The notes below the pieces were generated by a model, which had not been told where the DNA came from, made no database searches, and was given only the letters and a program-made list of their open reading frames with translations. The position numbers and the translations under genes were made by a program. Positions 1-13,330 of a stretch of 64,000 nt of DNA are shown piece after piece. This DNA comes from Octopus vulgaris (taxonomy: Eukaryota): positions 21,204,001-21,268,000 of the forward strand of contig OX597819.1 of NCBI GenBank assembly GCA_951406725.2, given 5' to 3'. Position 1 is the stretch's first letter; each line of letters opens with the position of its first letter.

Positions 1-1
1 T

Positions 2-6
<5 letters not shown>

Positions 7-85
<79 letters not shown>
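7..85. repeat. (TA)n microsatellite
   Basis: Uninterrupted TA run read directly. Confidence 0.98.
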
Positions 86-88
<3 letters not shown>

Positions 89-819
89 TATAAACTGTAT
101 GAAGAGCGATGGCTGATCAGTAATTGGACAAGGAGTGGAATAAATATATCGAGAAAAACAGTTCCTCTTTACTCTAGTAATTTGTTCAAGAAAATGAAAG
201 GAGTGTTTTATAACATCGACATTATTTTTTATGACTTCTAAGGTTTAGTACCAAGTAAGGAGAGTGAGGCATCGAGTGGAGTAAGATATATACGAATCTG
301 TGAGTAGTCTTACGACTTAAAATAAAGTGAGACTGCAGACAGTGTTGGTAAACTACTCGCTTCCTTACAGTTTTATGCGACAAATCATGGGAAATAGGAA
401 ATATTGTATTTATAAAATTGCTAGTGATATCAACAGCGAATTCTGCTTGTAGTTAACTTGGCGGTAGTAGTAAAGAGATTCAATGAGCCTTGTGGTGATT
501 GAAAACTACTTCTAGTTTCGTGGAGTCAGCATAAACCTCGGTGATCACTAAGCTATCACTATGTTATAGCACACTGAGGGAAAGTTGGCAAGGTTAATAC
601 GACGTATTAGAGCATAAAATACGTAGTAGACACAAGGGTGTTAGTAAAAGACATGATATTCATATTTTCATTAGAAGAGTAAAAGCGACAGAGAGCAGCA
701 GAGAAGAGGAAAATAGCAGAGCACTGAAGTTAATGTACTGATGCCGCTGTTGCTGTTTTGGCAGCAATACTCAGTCTCCGGGTTTTTGTACTGGAAGCAA
801 TGAGAACTAAGATCATTTG

Positions 820-1378
820 TCGTTTAGTACATTTACCACCCGAGTACGACTAGCTAGAAGAAATGAGAAAGCAAAACATAGGATAGAAACTACGAGTCGA
901 TATCCATCCAATAACGTTGTAGGTGTGCGGTATCATGGAGTGTGTAAAAGGGTGGGAAGCCACCGGGGACTGTAAAAAGTACCACACTGACTAAGCAAAT
1001 AGAAACCGCAAGTGTCCGACCAGCTGTCGCCTAACTTCCCTCTTACGTAGACTCCTAAGTTTTGTAAGCATTTAAAGCGATCCTAATAAAGATGTGTCAT
1101 AACGAAAACAAATGAATTCAGCGGACTGAGAGATGAGAAAGCTCTGAAGCAAACATTAGGTATAAAGTGCCATGGATATCCTCTGCCACAGTGAGTGGAG
1201 TGAGAGGCAACCACTTGCCAGACGTTTGAGCTGTTTCCTGATTCAGGTCAAATGAGAATATTTACGTGAAATTTCTAATAATTCTAATTTCTCTGAAAAG
1301 ATCGATGTGGCGTAAGATTATGGTCGTTTGCTTCACTGATTATACCTATATGGCACGCTTCTGAGAGTGAGATTCCCT

Positions 1379-1430
<52 letters not shown>

Positions 1431-2460
1431 GGAATATTAATTATAGACAATAAAAGGAGTTTGCCAGAAAGCATCGCTTTTGACAGAACACCAGGTACAA
1501 GGCAATTTCATGTTGAATTAAATGAGCTACAAGAATAAATTTACTTATGGATATTTTTGCGAACAAAATACTTTTAAAATATTTAAACATCTCTACCAGC
1601 AGCTACGGGTGTGAACAGGATTGTCTTTGGATAACTCATTGTGTAATAGTATTTGGTATAAATATCCTTTCTTTATGTAAGTCGTACATTTTAGAATTGG
1701 AAAAGGAAAAGTAGACAGGCAGGAAGATTTACACTCCCAATATTCCATCATTTTTTAATTGCTAAGAGAACAGGGGTGAAAGCGCAAATTAGCTTAACGT
1801 TATTAGAATATTCGCAAGAATATCGAGTAAATTGCATTTTGCTGTAATACAGTGTATTTTGCTTGTGTTGCAAGAAAATTGGTACCAGTTCAGACCAGCT
1901 CCGAGCAAAAAGTAAATATATGAAAGGGATGTGTTACAAAATATGGTAGCTTATCTGACGAATTTAACCGACAAATGGTAAAAACGAATTGAATCTGTTT
2001 CTGTTTTTTTATACATGTAGAAGAGTTTTGTGCGTCATTGAAAAGATGTTTGAGAGTGTCCTAAATGATGTGTGGGCAGATGAAGTATTCCTAGAGGAAA
2101 GCAGAAGATACGGAAGAATTTATCAATTATTTCAACTTGGAAATTGAATGAGAAGCCAAGCGCTGTACCTGGCTCTCTAGATCGTGCTGCTATACATGAA
2201 GAAAAAAAAATGATATTGCTTCAGACATGAAACCTTGTATTGCAGTGGCAATAGAGCGAGTTGGGAATTAGTTGCTCAGTTATGACCTGGTTAAGTATCT
2301 ATGGATATACAGATTGTGATCACTGCTGTCGATTACAAGGCTATCCCATACTTAAAATCCTTACTGCAAGATGAATTTGACTGGTGCTGTTGGCGAAACA
2401 TATCACTTGCTACACACCCGGGGCACAAAACTACGCCAGGATATATGGCTCAAATACGAT
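820..2460 (+). mobile_element. Heavily decayed Ty3/Gypsy-like LTR retrotransposon pol relic (RT + RNase H), interrupted by (CA)n at ~1382-1426
   Basis: Broken frames give KHRIETT (~875), MDILCHS (~1172, like YxDDIL.HS), ITAVDYKAIPYL (~2320, like TDHKAL.YL) and HPG (~2415, like YRPG). These occur in canonical Gypsy order, with many stops and frameshifts. Boundaries approximate. Confidence 0.5.
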
Positions 2461-4439
2461 AAACAAAAAGAGCAGGCGCTTGAGGAAGATGGCGGGCAAA
2501 GACGATGACTGCTGATTCTATCGCTCTGGTCGAATTACTGCAAATGAATATAGCGTAAAACGGATATCAACTTCGAACAGCCATGTTGAAGTGGCGATAA
2601 CATTACTTCTCGGTATAGTTACTACCTTCATGTATATATGTCGACTACAAAAGCGAGTATGTTTATTAACCGCTTATTACAATGCGTTTCATGACGTTGT
2701 TTTAGCTGTCGAAAGATGACTCCTGGTTGTGTAGGACATAGGACACTAGGACCTGCCATGTTTTACTAAAGAACAAAGCGCACTACCTGCACCGTGAAAC
2801 GAAACTACGATCTAGCGACCATGAAATCGAAAAGCTAAACTCTATGCCACACTTCTTTTCTGACATGTGTGTGTGTATACGTATACATAAATATACATGC
2901 ATATCTGTATACACTCACACATACGCACGTGCACACACACACATACACACGTGCATATACATATATCGATGTACGAACGACATTTCATTGGGATTCTTTA
3001 GTGAAGTGGAAAAAAATATATATTCTATGTCTTCTTGTGATATATATCCTTATTTCAGAATATATCAAAACCACCATGTTTAAAAATGCATTATTGTTGC
3101 AAGGATATATTTATTTCGTTGTAACAAATTCCTTTTATTTGATTTCATTTCTTAAATATGTTGTGTTAAATTATAACAATCTCTACTTGAAACTTACCTA
3201 AAACTTTCTCATAGAATTATAAAATATGATATAAAAGAAATAAAAATTCTTTAAATTTTACGATTTCGTTGTTAGAAAATTTTAGACTGACATCTTCATA
3301 AAGAAAAAAAAAATGTAACAACTCGGAATATCTCTATCATATTTATTCGGACTGTTATAGCATAAATTCCATTTTTCATGTGTCTATTGTATAGATCTTG
3401 TTTGTGAATAGATTTCAATATAAGTGCAGTTGCCTATCGTTGTGTTTGTTTTGTTTTTTATATTTTCTTTTCGTTATTGGTTTTTATTTTTGTTATTTTT
3501 GTATATTCGCCTTTAAATTTGACAATATAATCCAGATCAGAGAAGCGAGTCTTTACAAATATTATTTCTCCGTAAACGAGGTATTTTGTGTACATTAGCT
3601 AAACATAAGCGAAAAACTTGATTAACGTGTAGTTTTGAAAAATAATAATAAACATACATGAAAGCAATATAATTTAAAGCCGCAAATGGACATATTTTCA
3701 GCATTATAGTCTCTTAAAATGTGCTATAATAGTAAATATTTGCATTAAAATTCTTCTATTGTCTACCGAACTATTTATTTTCCAAATATATCAATTAAAC
3801 AAACTTGACAATTCACTTATATCAATATGGATAGAATAAACAGTCGACTATTCGGTAATACATTGGATTAAATGGAATTTTTTTTTCTTTCACTTTTCTC
3901 GATAGGTTGTGCCTTATGTTTACGTTCCGAGTTCAAAATCCGATAGATTCATCATGCATTTTTTTGTTTTTTTTTTAGATTGAAGGAATCAAATTTCAAT
4001 ACGGAATCTAAATAATTTCAAATACTACACGATCCAAGAAATGTAGCTCTGCATATCCATCCAACCATCTAAGTTGCATAATTAAATTTTCTTCGAAGAT
4101 TACTATTATAGAAAATATTAATTTGGAGAGAAATTCCAACATCATTTTCACAGGACCATTTTAAGGATGCCTTTTCAATATTTACGGTGGTGATATAAGC
4201 ATTAAATTTTGTTTTTGTTTACAGATTACGTTTCATCATTGTAGTTAATTCGATCGATTTTACCCTTCTAATCCGAATTTATATCAGATCCATAACAGCC
4301 ATTACTTACTGTATGAATGCATAAGGTTTTTTAACTGCAAGAAATATTCGTTCTGTTTCTGGAAACGAAACTTTAAGTATTCAGACATAACACTCATGAT
4401 TCGGTCAGCATTATTCGAGATATTTATCTTGCGCAGTTT

Positions 4440-4845
4440 CCCTTGCATCTGAACGATCAAGTTCAATCAATACTGTGTTTCTGAAAATCGTAGCAGAGGA
4501 GAACCCAAACCAAAGTGTTCAAGGAAAATAGCAGAGCATTCAGTTCAAGCCACATTTCGGTTACAAAACATTTTCACAAAGTAGAACAAATGTCTAAACA
4601 TGGGCAGTGGGTCTGTCATCATCCGATTGGGTTTATTTGCTTCGGTTTAATCTAAGAATTGCCCTCTGCTCATCACTGAAGAGCTACCTTGCTTCCGAAT
4701 CGTTGAATTCTCACGTGATGAAAAGTAGGTTCACTATAACTTTATAGTTAAATATAACAATCGCAATAAGAAAGAGGAACACATCCTGAGAAGGACTATC
4801 CCACGCCACCCCAAAATAAGTTATGTCTTGTGTTTTGGGAGATTT
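4440..4845 (+). mobile_element. Decayed mariner transposase fragment
   Basis: Reads EENPNQSV.., KHGQWVCHH (WVPHEL-like), RDEK*VHYN (TGDEKW-like) and an HPK.VM.C-like motif, in mariner order. Confidence 0.7.
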
Positions 4846-5336
4846 GAAGATTGCTGTCTGTTATGAAGTGCTAAAAATGTATTGGGTGTTTCTCTACTCT
4901 GAAACCTGAAGAATTTTCTGCCAGTGTCAGGAACAGTTGGTATTATAGACGAGATTATGTTATAAAACATTTCGGGAGATATTAACTCAATAAAATTTAT
5001 TAATCACGACCAGCGAAGCATTTGTTTCTTTCCATCTTGAAATGCAACTGTACTATCTTTCGAACCTAATAGAATTTTACATTCCTGAAGACTGTGTATC
5101 TGTCGAACTTTGGACAATGAGCAAAATTGCAAATCGAAATACGAATGGTATCCTTTATAGAGAACTCTATCCCGAGCAGGTGCATTCGTTTGCATCATTA
5201 TCTCCATTGCATCTCAGCTGCATTCCTCTTGCGGCCATTCTTTGCCCCGTGGACTTCATACTCGGTAAAGGTTTCGGAGTGTAAATTCATACCAGTTGGG
5301 TGCTATGAAGGGTTTTCTAGATCTCATCTGATCCCT

Positions 5337-5337
<1 letters not shown>

Positions 5338-5389
<52 letters not shown>

Positions 5390-5429
5390 TTTTCTCTCTG
5401 AGCATATATATGTATGTATATATATATAT

Positions 5430-5495
<66 letters not shown>

Positions 5496-6127
5496 TATGT
5501 ATATCTGTATGTAAGCATGTGTTTGATATGCAGATTATGTCTCAACACAATAGAGCAGAACCATTTGGGGGACACATTAAATTATGGCATGTATTGATCA
5601 AGCATAAACATGTAACATATATTTATACACATATACACACACGCACGCACACATACATACATACATACATATATAGATAAAGATATATAAATATACGTGC
5701 GTGTATGTATTGCTTGCATGCCTATATTCAGGTATTATATATATAGGTGTGGGCGTGGGTGTGTATATATGTATATATATGTACGCATATATGTATATGT
5801 ATGCATATATGTATATGGATACATATATGTGTGCGTGTGAGCGTGTATGTATGTATGAATATATATATGCGTTTATGTATCTATGTGTAGATACGCACAG
5901 ATAGACAACGCAAATTCCTATGCATGACCATGCATACAAAAGACATGAACACGCATACGATTGTTTACGGGCTAATACATAGACAGTCACGACTGCACAC
6001 GTATGCACACAGGTTTATAAAACTATACAAACTATAGAAACACTCGCATATGTATACTTTTCCACACATATAGGAACATATATATATATATATATATACA
6101 CAAATATATATATACATACATACATAC

Positions 6128-6178
<51 letters not shown>

Positions 6179-6203
6179 AATATATATATACATACATACA
6201 TAC

Positions 6204-6264
<61 letters not shown>

Positions 6265-6273
6265 TAAATATAC

Positions 6274-6308
<35 letters not shown>

Positions 6309-6470
6309 AAGAGAGAGAATGATATATCTATGAATATATATGTATACATATATGTTGTATATATATACATATATATATATGCATATATATATATGTGTAT
6401 GTATGCATAAATAAATATATGTATATATATTTATATACACACATACATATATATATATGTGTGTGTGCGT
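5338..6470. repeat. Compound (CT)n/(TA)n/(TG)n/(TACA)n microsatellite field
   Basis: Read directly; source of the YI/HT/CV-repeat ORFs. Confidence 0.95.
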
Positions 6471-7111
6471 GTAATCAAAAGAAAGTTTCACAGTAATATC
6501 AACGAATACGTATGCATGAATACATTTGCCAAAGTAAAGACATTCGTTCGTACAGTAAACACACACGGACATACAACCTCTTGTTGCACACCTACTCGAT
6601 TATATAACAGAATTCACATACATAACTAGACAGGCCAGCATATGTGTAGGCAATTCTATAAAAGTAATACATAGACACCACACACGTATTCGTGGAGAGA
6701 AACATAAAATTACACACGATACACAAGCATAGAAACAAACGGCTTTCTGCCGGGAGCTGTGAAGTGTATGGATCAGCGATTTCTTTTCCACTGCACTTCA
6801 TTAGCCGTGCTGCCTGTCAGCTAAACAAGTGAAATAATTAATATCTGACACCAACCCACCGAAACTCACTTGGCTTTACAATTCTGTTGGTGGCAGTTTC
6901 TCCGAATGTATTTTCAGATTATATTTTCTCTAGTTTAATCAAACGTAATACTGCTTAGAAATCTTCGTGGAGTTAGAAATACATACAAAACTACACAGAC
7001 ACGCGCGCAATTGCATATGCACGAGTGCAAGGTTGCAAGACATATATATGTATGCAAGTGCGTGTGTGTATGTATATGTTTATATATATATGGATGGATG
7101 GATGGATGGAT

Positions 7112-7169
<58 letters not shown>

Positions 7170-7326
7170 GAAATTAGTGTACATTTAGACATAAAAAGAG
7201 GTGACCCTTAACAGGGCACCTTACATGCTAGAAGGGGCAGTCAAAACGTCCAAAACCACATTTAAGAGCAATGTCGAAGGGAATGAAGAATAAAATCTTT
7301 TTACCAAAACTTTTACCATGCTTTTT

Positions 7327-7402
7327 ACAGCCTGACCTAGGTTTCGAACTTTATTTAGCAAATAAAATAATTTGCTAAGCGAAGTTCTCATCAGTGGATG
7401 CG
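7327..7402 (-). ncRNA. Minimal type I hammerhead ribozyme motif (Penelope-like pLTR context)
   Basis: Minus strand reads CUGAUGA (7394-7388), then stem II GAACUU..UUAGCAAAU-loop-AUUUGCUAA..AAGUUC, then GAAAC-CUAG-GUC with a palindromic stem III. Stem I is only partly paired. Confidence 0.75.
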
Positions 7403-8202
7403 CCAGCCAAGCATTAGCGTATAATTTAGAGACAGAATAACACGATGTCCCTTCATTATATATTATAATATTTCAAATTCACCGCGCAAGCGCAGTTCCA
7501 GTCGGCAGCAGATAAAAAAAAATCCCAGTAACTTCAGCAATTACTAAAATCAAATATGTGTGTGTGTGTATCAAATTTCAAGGAAGGCATTCATATAAAC
7601 ATATATATATTATCATATATACGTTTGCACAAAGACACACCCACATACGCACACATGCAAGCTTGCACTTACACATACACACACACTTACATAGATACAC
7701 ACACACTCACATAGATGTATACAGACACACGCACACACATATATAGATAAGAAAAATTATTCGAGGCATCGTAGACTTCCTGCCTTGTGTGTGGCTGTCG
7801 AGAAAGACGAAAGTTAAGGCTAGTATGTAATCTCACCACCGTTTTGAATCGCAATGGTGGAGATTGTGTCTAAAACATGACCAGATAATGAGAGAGTAGC
7901 TGTTTATTCATTTATATGACGACACATGCTTTGTAATCTCTGTTAGTTACATAAGCGATGCTACATAATTCCCACAAATATACATGGATCAATCAGCATC
8001 AATGCCAAGCAGTGGTTAGAAGTAAAGGAAATTCATGTTACTTAAAATTGTCACAAACTTATTCTAACTTCTGAAGTCAAATTCACGGCGATTAACATGA
8101 AGAAAATATTCTCCGTATTGGCAGAAGATGAAGAAACAATATATCTGCCACTACCGGATTCCCAGACGCACGTTTCTGGCTCTTATATATAAATATGTAT
8201 AT

Positions 8203-8629
8203 AGGCGAAGGAGTGGCTGTGTGGTAAGTAGCTTGCTAACCAACCACATGGTTCCGGGTTCAGTTCCACTGCGTGGCATCTTGGGCAAGTGTCTTCTGCT
8301 ATTGCCCCGAGCCGACCAATGCCTTGTGAGTGGATTTGGTAGACGGAAACTGAAAGAAGCCTGTCGTATATATGTATATATATATAAGTGTGTGTGTGTG
8401 TGTATGTTTGTGTGTCTGTGTTTGTCCCCCTAGCATTGCTTGACAACCGATGCTGGTGTGTTTATGTCCCCGTCACTTAGCGGTTTCGTCAAAAGAGGCC
8501 GATAGAATAAGTACTGGGCTTACAAAGAATAAGTCCCGGGGTCGATTTGCTCGACTAAAGGCGGTGCTCCAGCATGACCGCAGTCAAATGACTGAAACAA
8601 GTAAAAGAGTAAAAGAGAGAGTAAAGAGT
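8203..8629 (+). mobile_element. tRNA-derived SINE, family A (octopus-type), full length
   Basis: Head with A-box-like TGGCTGTGTGG and B-box-like GGTTCAGTTCC, internal (TA/TG) tract and GTAAAAGA-repeat tail. Homologous copies lie at 18075, 28775, 42975, 44768 and 53270. Confidence 0.9.
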
Positions 8630-9220
8630 ATATATAGATATATTATTATTGTTATTGTTGTTGTTGTTATTATTATTACTTCTATCAGTAATTAAAAATA
8701 GAAAAAGCTGGATACTTTCTTTTGTAGGCTAAGATGAACGCTCTACTTGATCGCTAGTAGTAGTAAATACACTTGACCTCCGCTGACCCAAAGAGTGTGA
8801 GGTGCCACTTTTGTCTCCTTATCGCTCATGAATGCCCACTGCCGATCTCCTCACCATCTGCCGAATCTATTTTGAGACCTATGGAATTTGGTCTATTCAT
8901 CAATCTGCTTCTCTTCGTCCTACTATTCCCTTCACCCCTCACGTAATTATGGTTATCTCGAGTACAAGACAAAAGTTGAAATTAAACGACATTTAATAAT
9001 AGCGCACAGTAGTAGTAGCAAAGAAAGATTTAAATAAATAACTGTCCCCATAGCTACAAAGGTTAGCCACAATGGTACAGATTAAGGTACTAGTGGTAGT
9101 AACAAACGATGAGCAATGCTGCGATAGCAAGGTTATCTCTACATCTGCTACAATACAGAACTCAATACTAATACTTGTTATATAACACAAATATATCTAA
9201 CGAAACACAAGTAAAAACTA

Positions 9221-9643
9221 GGATCTTTTCGGCTTGAAAAGCAGTTTTTCTAGCGGTGTCATATGAAATTGTCACCCATAATTATGACCCTAGTATCGAT
9301 CTATTGCATTTCAATCTTTTTTAGGATTAGGGTTAGGGTTATGGGTGGGGGAAATATATCTTTCTTTCTTCACAAATGTAAATAGACCCAATCTGTTTCT
9401 TAAACGAGGGACATATTCATACGGCACAGAATGTTTTTTTTACCTCAATAGATGTCACTGATTGGTTGAAATTGCAGAAATTGAAGAAAAAAAACAACAA
9501 ATATCTTACAAACAATGGAATTTTCTCAATACAGCCAAGAGAAAAAGATGTTTTATAAACACATTCTACCAGTATACGAAGTTTGAAATTTTTTAGTTTT
9601 CTAGAAATTATGTTGAAAACTCCCGTTCAAACAGAAAAGATCC
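9221..9643. mobile_element. Non-autonomous TIR element (MITE) with ~8-bp target site duplication
   Basis: Imperfect TIRs GGATCTTTTCGGCTTGAAAAGCAGTTTT / AAAACTCCCGTTCAAACAGAAAAGATCC. Flanks AAAAACTA (9213-9220) and GAAAACTA (9644-9651). Internal TTAGGG-like repeats near 9321-9345. Confidence 0.8.
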
Positions 9644-9651
9644 GAAAACTA

Positions 9652-10345
9652 CAATAGAACATCAAATCGCTGGTCCTAATGTCTAACCATGAAGCGCGTC
9701 CGCCAGGAGAGCCAAGCCTGGCGTCAAAAATTCATCCACTGGCACAAGGTATTCTCTCAATACGAACCTGGATTGGCACATGAACGAGAACTGCCCCAAC
9801 TCGAGCCCTCCAAGTCCACCACCACACCCACCACAGAAAGAAATTATAAGAGGATCAAATGGACTCGAGAACAATATAAAGAAATAATATACGCCTATTA
9901 CTATGAATTAGGCAGACCACCTGAAGCGAAACACACTGCACATTCTTATAAAATATGGAGAACACGAAATCACGACAGCAGACTATATTTGGGCGAAAAT
10001 AAGTTGCCAAATTTTCGGAAGGTTATCTTCAAAGTTTAATGACTCAAAGATAGTAAAATATCTGCGATCAAGCACGCAACGGAAAGTGACCGAAATATAA
10101 CACAAGGAAATGAAGAACCTGACGAAGAGAGAAACTCTCCATGAGTCTCAGTTGAAAGAGTGCCATCCGACCAGAACTGGCAAACATCTGGACAAATAAA
10201 TAATGGCCAGAATAATCAAGAATGTAATAGATAGTTGAAAAGAACAGATAGCATGGTACCGTAGGTTGCAGTCATCAAGTCCGTTACACATGCAAGTCTC
10301 CAGAGGTTCCAGCAAAACCAGTGATAAAAAGAATTAATAATAACA
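9652..10345 (+). mobile_element. R4/Dong-like RLE LINE: ORF N-terminal region joined to a 3' UTR and AAT/AAC tail
   Basis: ORF 9689-10039 contains KRIKWTREQYKEIIYAYY, like the N-terminal motif of R4/Dong ORFs. The end (GCATGGTACCGTAGG..TTCC..CAAAAC..AAAAAGAA) matches 56363-56455. Confidence 0.6.
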
Positions 10346-10464
10346 ACAACAACAACGACGACAACGAAGATGATAATGATGATGATGATAATTATAATCC
10401 AGGCTTTTTCCTACTTAAGTGGGTTGTATCTATATATGTTTTCGCCTTCCTTCTTCTATATTCG

Positions 10465-10689
10465 TATATAGCATATGTGGTGCACCTTGTCCACTAACAC
10501 TAGGTCCGGTCTGTTATGCCCTAGCACTTGATTAATTTGGATTGGAAAATCCCGAATGATTTTGTTACCCTCTCTGGTTTGTACTCATACCACGTCTTGA
10601 CCCTCTCTAGGCACCACTTTTCGCACAGATTCCAGTTTAGTATTTTCGCTACCTGGTCGTTTCACCACAACTGGTACTGGTTTGGGGCA

Positions 10690-10690
<1 letters not shown>
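10465..10690 (-). mobile_element. RLE LINE fragment (start of restriction-like endonuclease region)
   Basis: Minus strand reads ..VAKILNWNLCEKW..WYEYKPERV..IRDFPIQINQVLGHNRPDLVLVDK (RPD motif); abuts (TAA)n. Confidence 0.8.
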
Positions 10691-10857
<167 letters not shown>

Positions 10858-13045
10858 TCGGTTGAATATTTTTAATTTCTTCCCCCATTTTTATGCGTGG
10901 AATTTAACATGTTTCGCAGTAGTCAGAAGTGGTCTTGTTTATTGGTGTTTGCTGTACTTTGCTGCTTTGTAATCTTTTCTTCATTTTGTTTCAGATTGTT
11001 TTATCTTTTATGTACATTATTATTATGTATATCGCTTCGGAAAAAGAAAAGTCTTCCTGAATCTCTCATTCTATGCCTGGATATAAACAAAACACCAACG
11101 AAGAGATAATCATGCTAATAAAACGAATTGCATTAAAAATGCCTCCAAGCTGTGATCTCTGTTGGTGTTGTTGCTAAACAACCAAGGAACGACAGGAATG
11201 AAAACCCTAATTAAAACGCCGTCAGCTGGCTTAGTTCCATCAGTAAGATATATTTTCCAAAACTCTGTGAATGGCATTCTAATATTAAAACCACAATTGA
11301 TGTTTGATCCTACTTTTCTATTTATCATTATTTTGTTTTACGAAATGATTTATTTTCAGAAATATTTCGCAGGCTATAAACATAAATCTCTGGAAATTTA
11401 AAGCTCTAAGATTCTATTACCTTTTAGCAATAAATCATTTTATTAATATCGGATTAGAAAAATGCATTGAGTAGCAATTAAGAAGCTCACATTTATATGT
11501 GGACTATAACAACTGCTGAGTCAATAGCCTGACATATCTAGCATTTCGCCGGAACTTTGCCGTATATCACCAGCTGGATATATCCAAAGATAGCATCGTG
11601 ATTTCACAATTTGCAGTCTCACTGACGTTCTTCGATCAGGGAGAGGAACCGAGTGACGCGTAGATGTAAGATACTATATCTCATGAGTTCGTGAGCAGTT
11701 AATTGTTAAGCGAGTGGGAAAAACAAAATCTGTCATGTTCTCTCGTCATATTTTGCCGACCATAGATGTATAATGGATATAGCTGAGCAGCATATATATT
11801 ACTGAACTGAAATCGAAGGCCCTCTAAAGATAAATGATATCACTTGATTGATACTGAATGAAAAGTGGTATATCCATCTTTGCCATAATAAAACCTAGTA
11901 TATGCTATTGATATTTAAACAAACATAAGTGAAAATGGTTCCTTATTGTATTACGTATAATATGTATCGGCTCCAAACGACAGGTGATCTTACAGCGGAT
12001 TAGAACATTTCCTCAATGAGTAACAAGTAAAGAGAGCAGTCATGTTAGCAGCTCAACTTTATAAATAAGTCGTCATCTATGAATCATAGATGCTCATCCA
12101 GGAAATGAATCTACGTTCTTTTGACGCGTATTTCCTGATAAAATATTGAACAGCAAATTTAGTGATGTTTATTTTCCAATTACATATTTCCAATCAAACA
12201 AACACTGGCATCAATAAAGAACAAAATAAAGCTTCAGTTGATTGAACTAAGGCTTTTAGACTTCATCCAAAGGAAAACAACAAAATAAGTCGATGATACA
12301 AGCACGAAGTGGTTGGCAAAAAAGGATAAATATTAACAAATTCTAGTTGTTGGTTTGACATCTGAATGATAAATTTGAGCAGTCACCGAGAATACGGGAA
12401 AAATCCTAGATATATTACTACATAAAAAAAAAATGCCCAGCAGAGTTATTAATTACAGATTTCTAATACAAAAATGTCCGGTGCATAATATTCTGGGTGG
12501 AGAGGAATGTATGCGACCCAACGGAAAAAGGCGTTTTGCTCCTAAAGCAATGGGTTTTCACCGAAGATTATATCATTCGGTTACATACTACGGCTAATGA
12601 GGAATACAAAATGCACAGGTCTCTTTAAATGTATCAGCCAAATCTTTATTACCTTAAATGTATTGAAAAGGATAATGAACTTTTTTCTGAAAATGCATAA
12701 CAATTCGTAAATGCAGAAACTTCTCTGCGGCAATCTACATTCCATTTGATATTGTGAAGACATCATTCTTCTTCAATGCTTATATTTCGGAGATTGTTTG
12801 AAGTAAAGGTGTAATGTAGGAAATAGTTAGTTCAAAATATTTATAAATATATAATATGAAAGGTGTTGGTATCCAGAGGAGTCAAAATGCAGGTAAGGCT
12901 ATGTAAGTGCTACGGAAGGACTGCTGTTAGACACCCGGTTCGATAAAACTATGATTGGGGAGTCTAACGTGTGTCGCGTGTGAGTGTGTATATGTTGAAT
13001 ACAATGAGACAACAAAGCCAAAGCAGTGTACATTTCTTGATCATT

Positions 13046-13330
13046 TATAGAGAGATATTTTTACAGTTGGGATATAAAGGATATCCCATCATCAGATACG
13101 ACATGAGAGAGATATAATTCAATATAAGAAGTCATTTTGAAGAGTGAGAGATATAGGAGGTAACTTCCTACATATATTTATTCTCATATTTTCTTTTACA
13201 ATTGCTATGTCTCAATCTCCCACAAATGAACTCTTATATTCAACTCTGCTATTTCCTTCTGTTTTAACTTTCTCATATCGTCTTTGATGAAGGGATGTCC
13301 TTTATATCCCTGATACAGCTTTCTCTATAC
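13046..13330. mobile_element. Old inverted duplication of a Penelope-like pLTR, with a decayed hammerhead motif in each arm
   Basis: 13046-13156 is a diverged reverse complement of 13205-13330. Arms read CUGAUGA-UGGGAUAU-ccuuu-AUAUCCC-(GAAA lost)-ACUGUA on minus and UUGAUGA-AGGGAUGU-ccuuu-AUAUCCCU-GAUAC-AGCU on plus. Confidence 0.65.

Noticed and set aside
9321-9345. Telomere or chromosome-fusion scar
   Set aside because: Only 2-3 TTAGGG units, and they lie inside a MITE.
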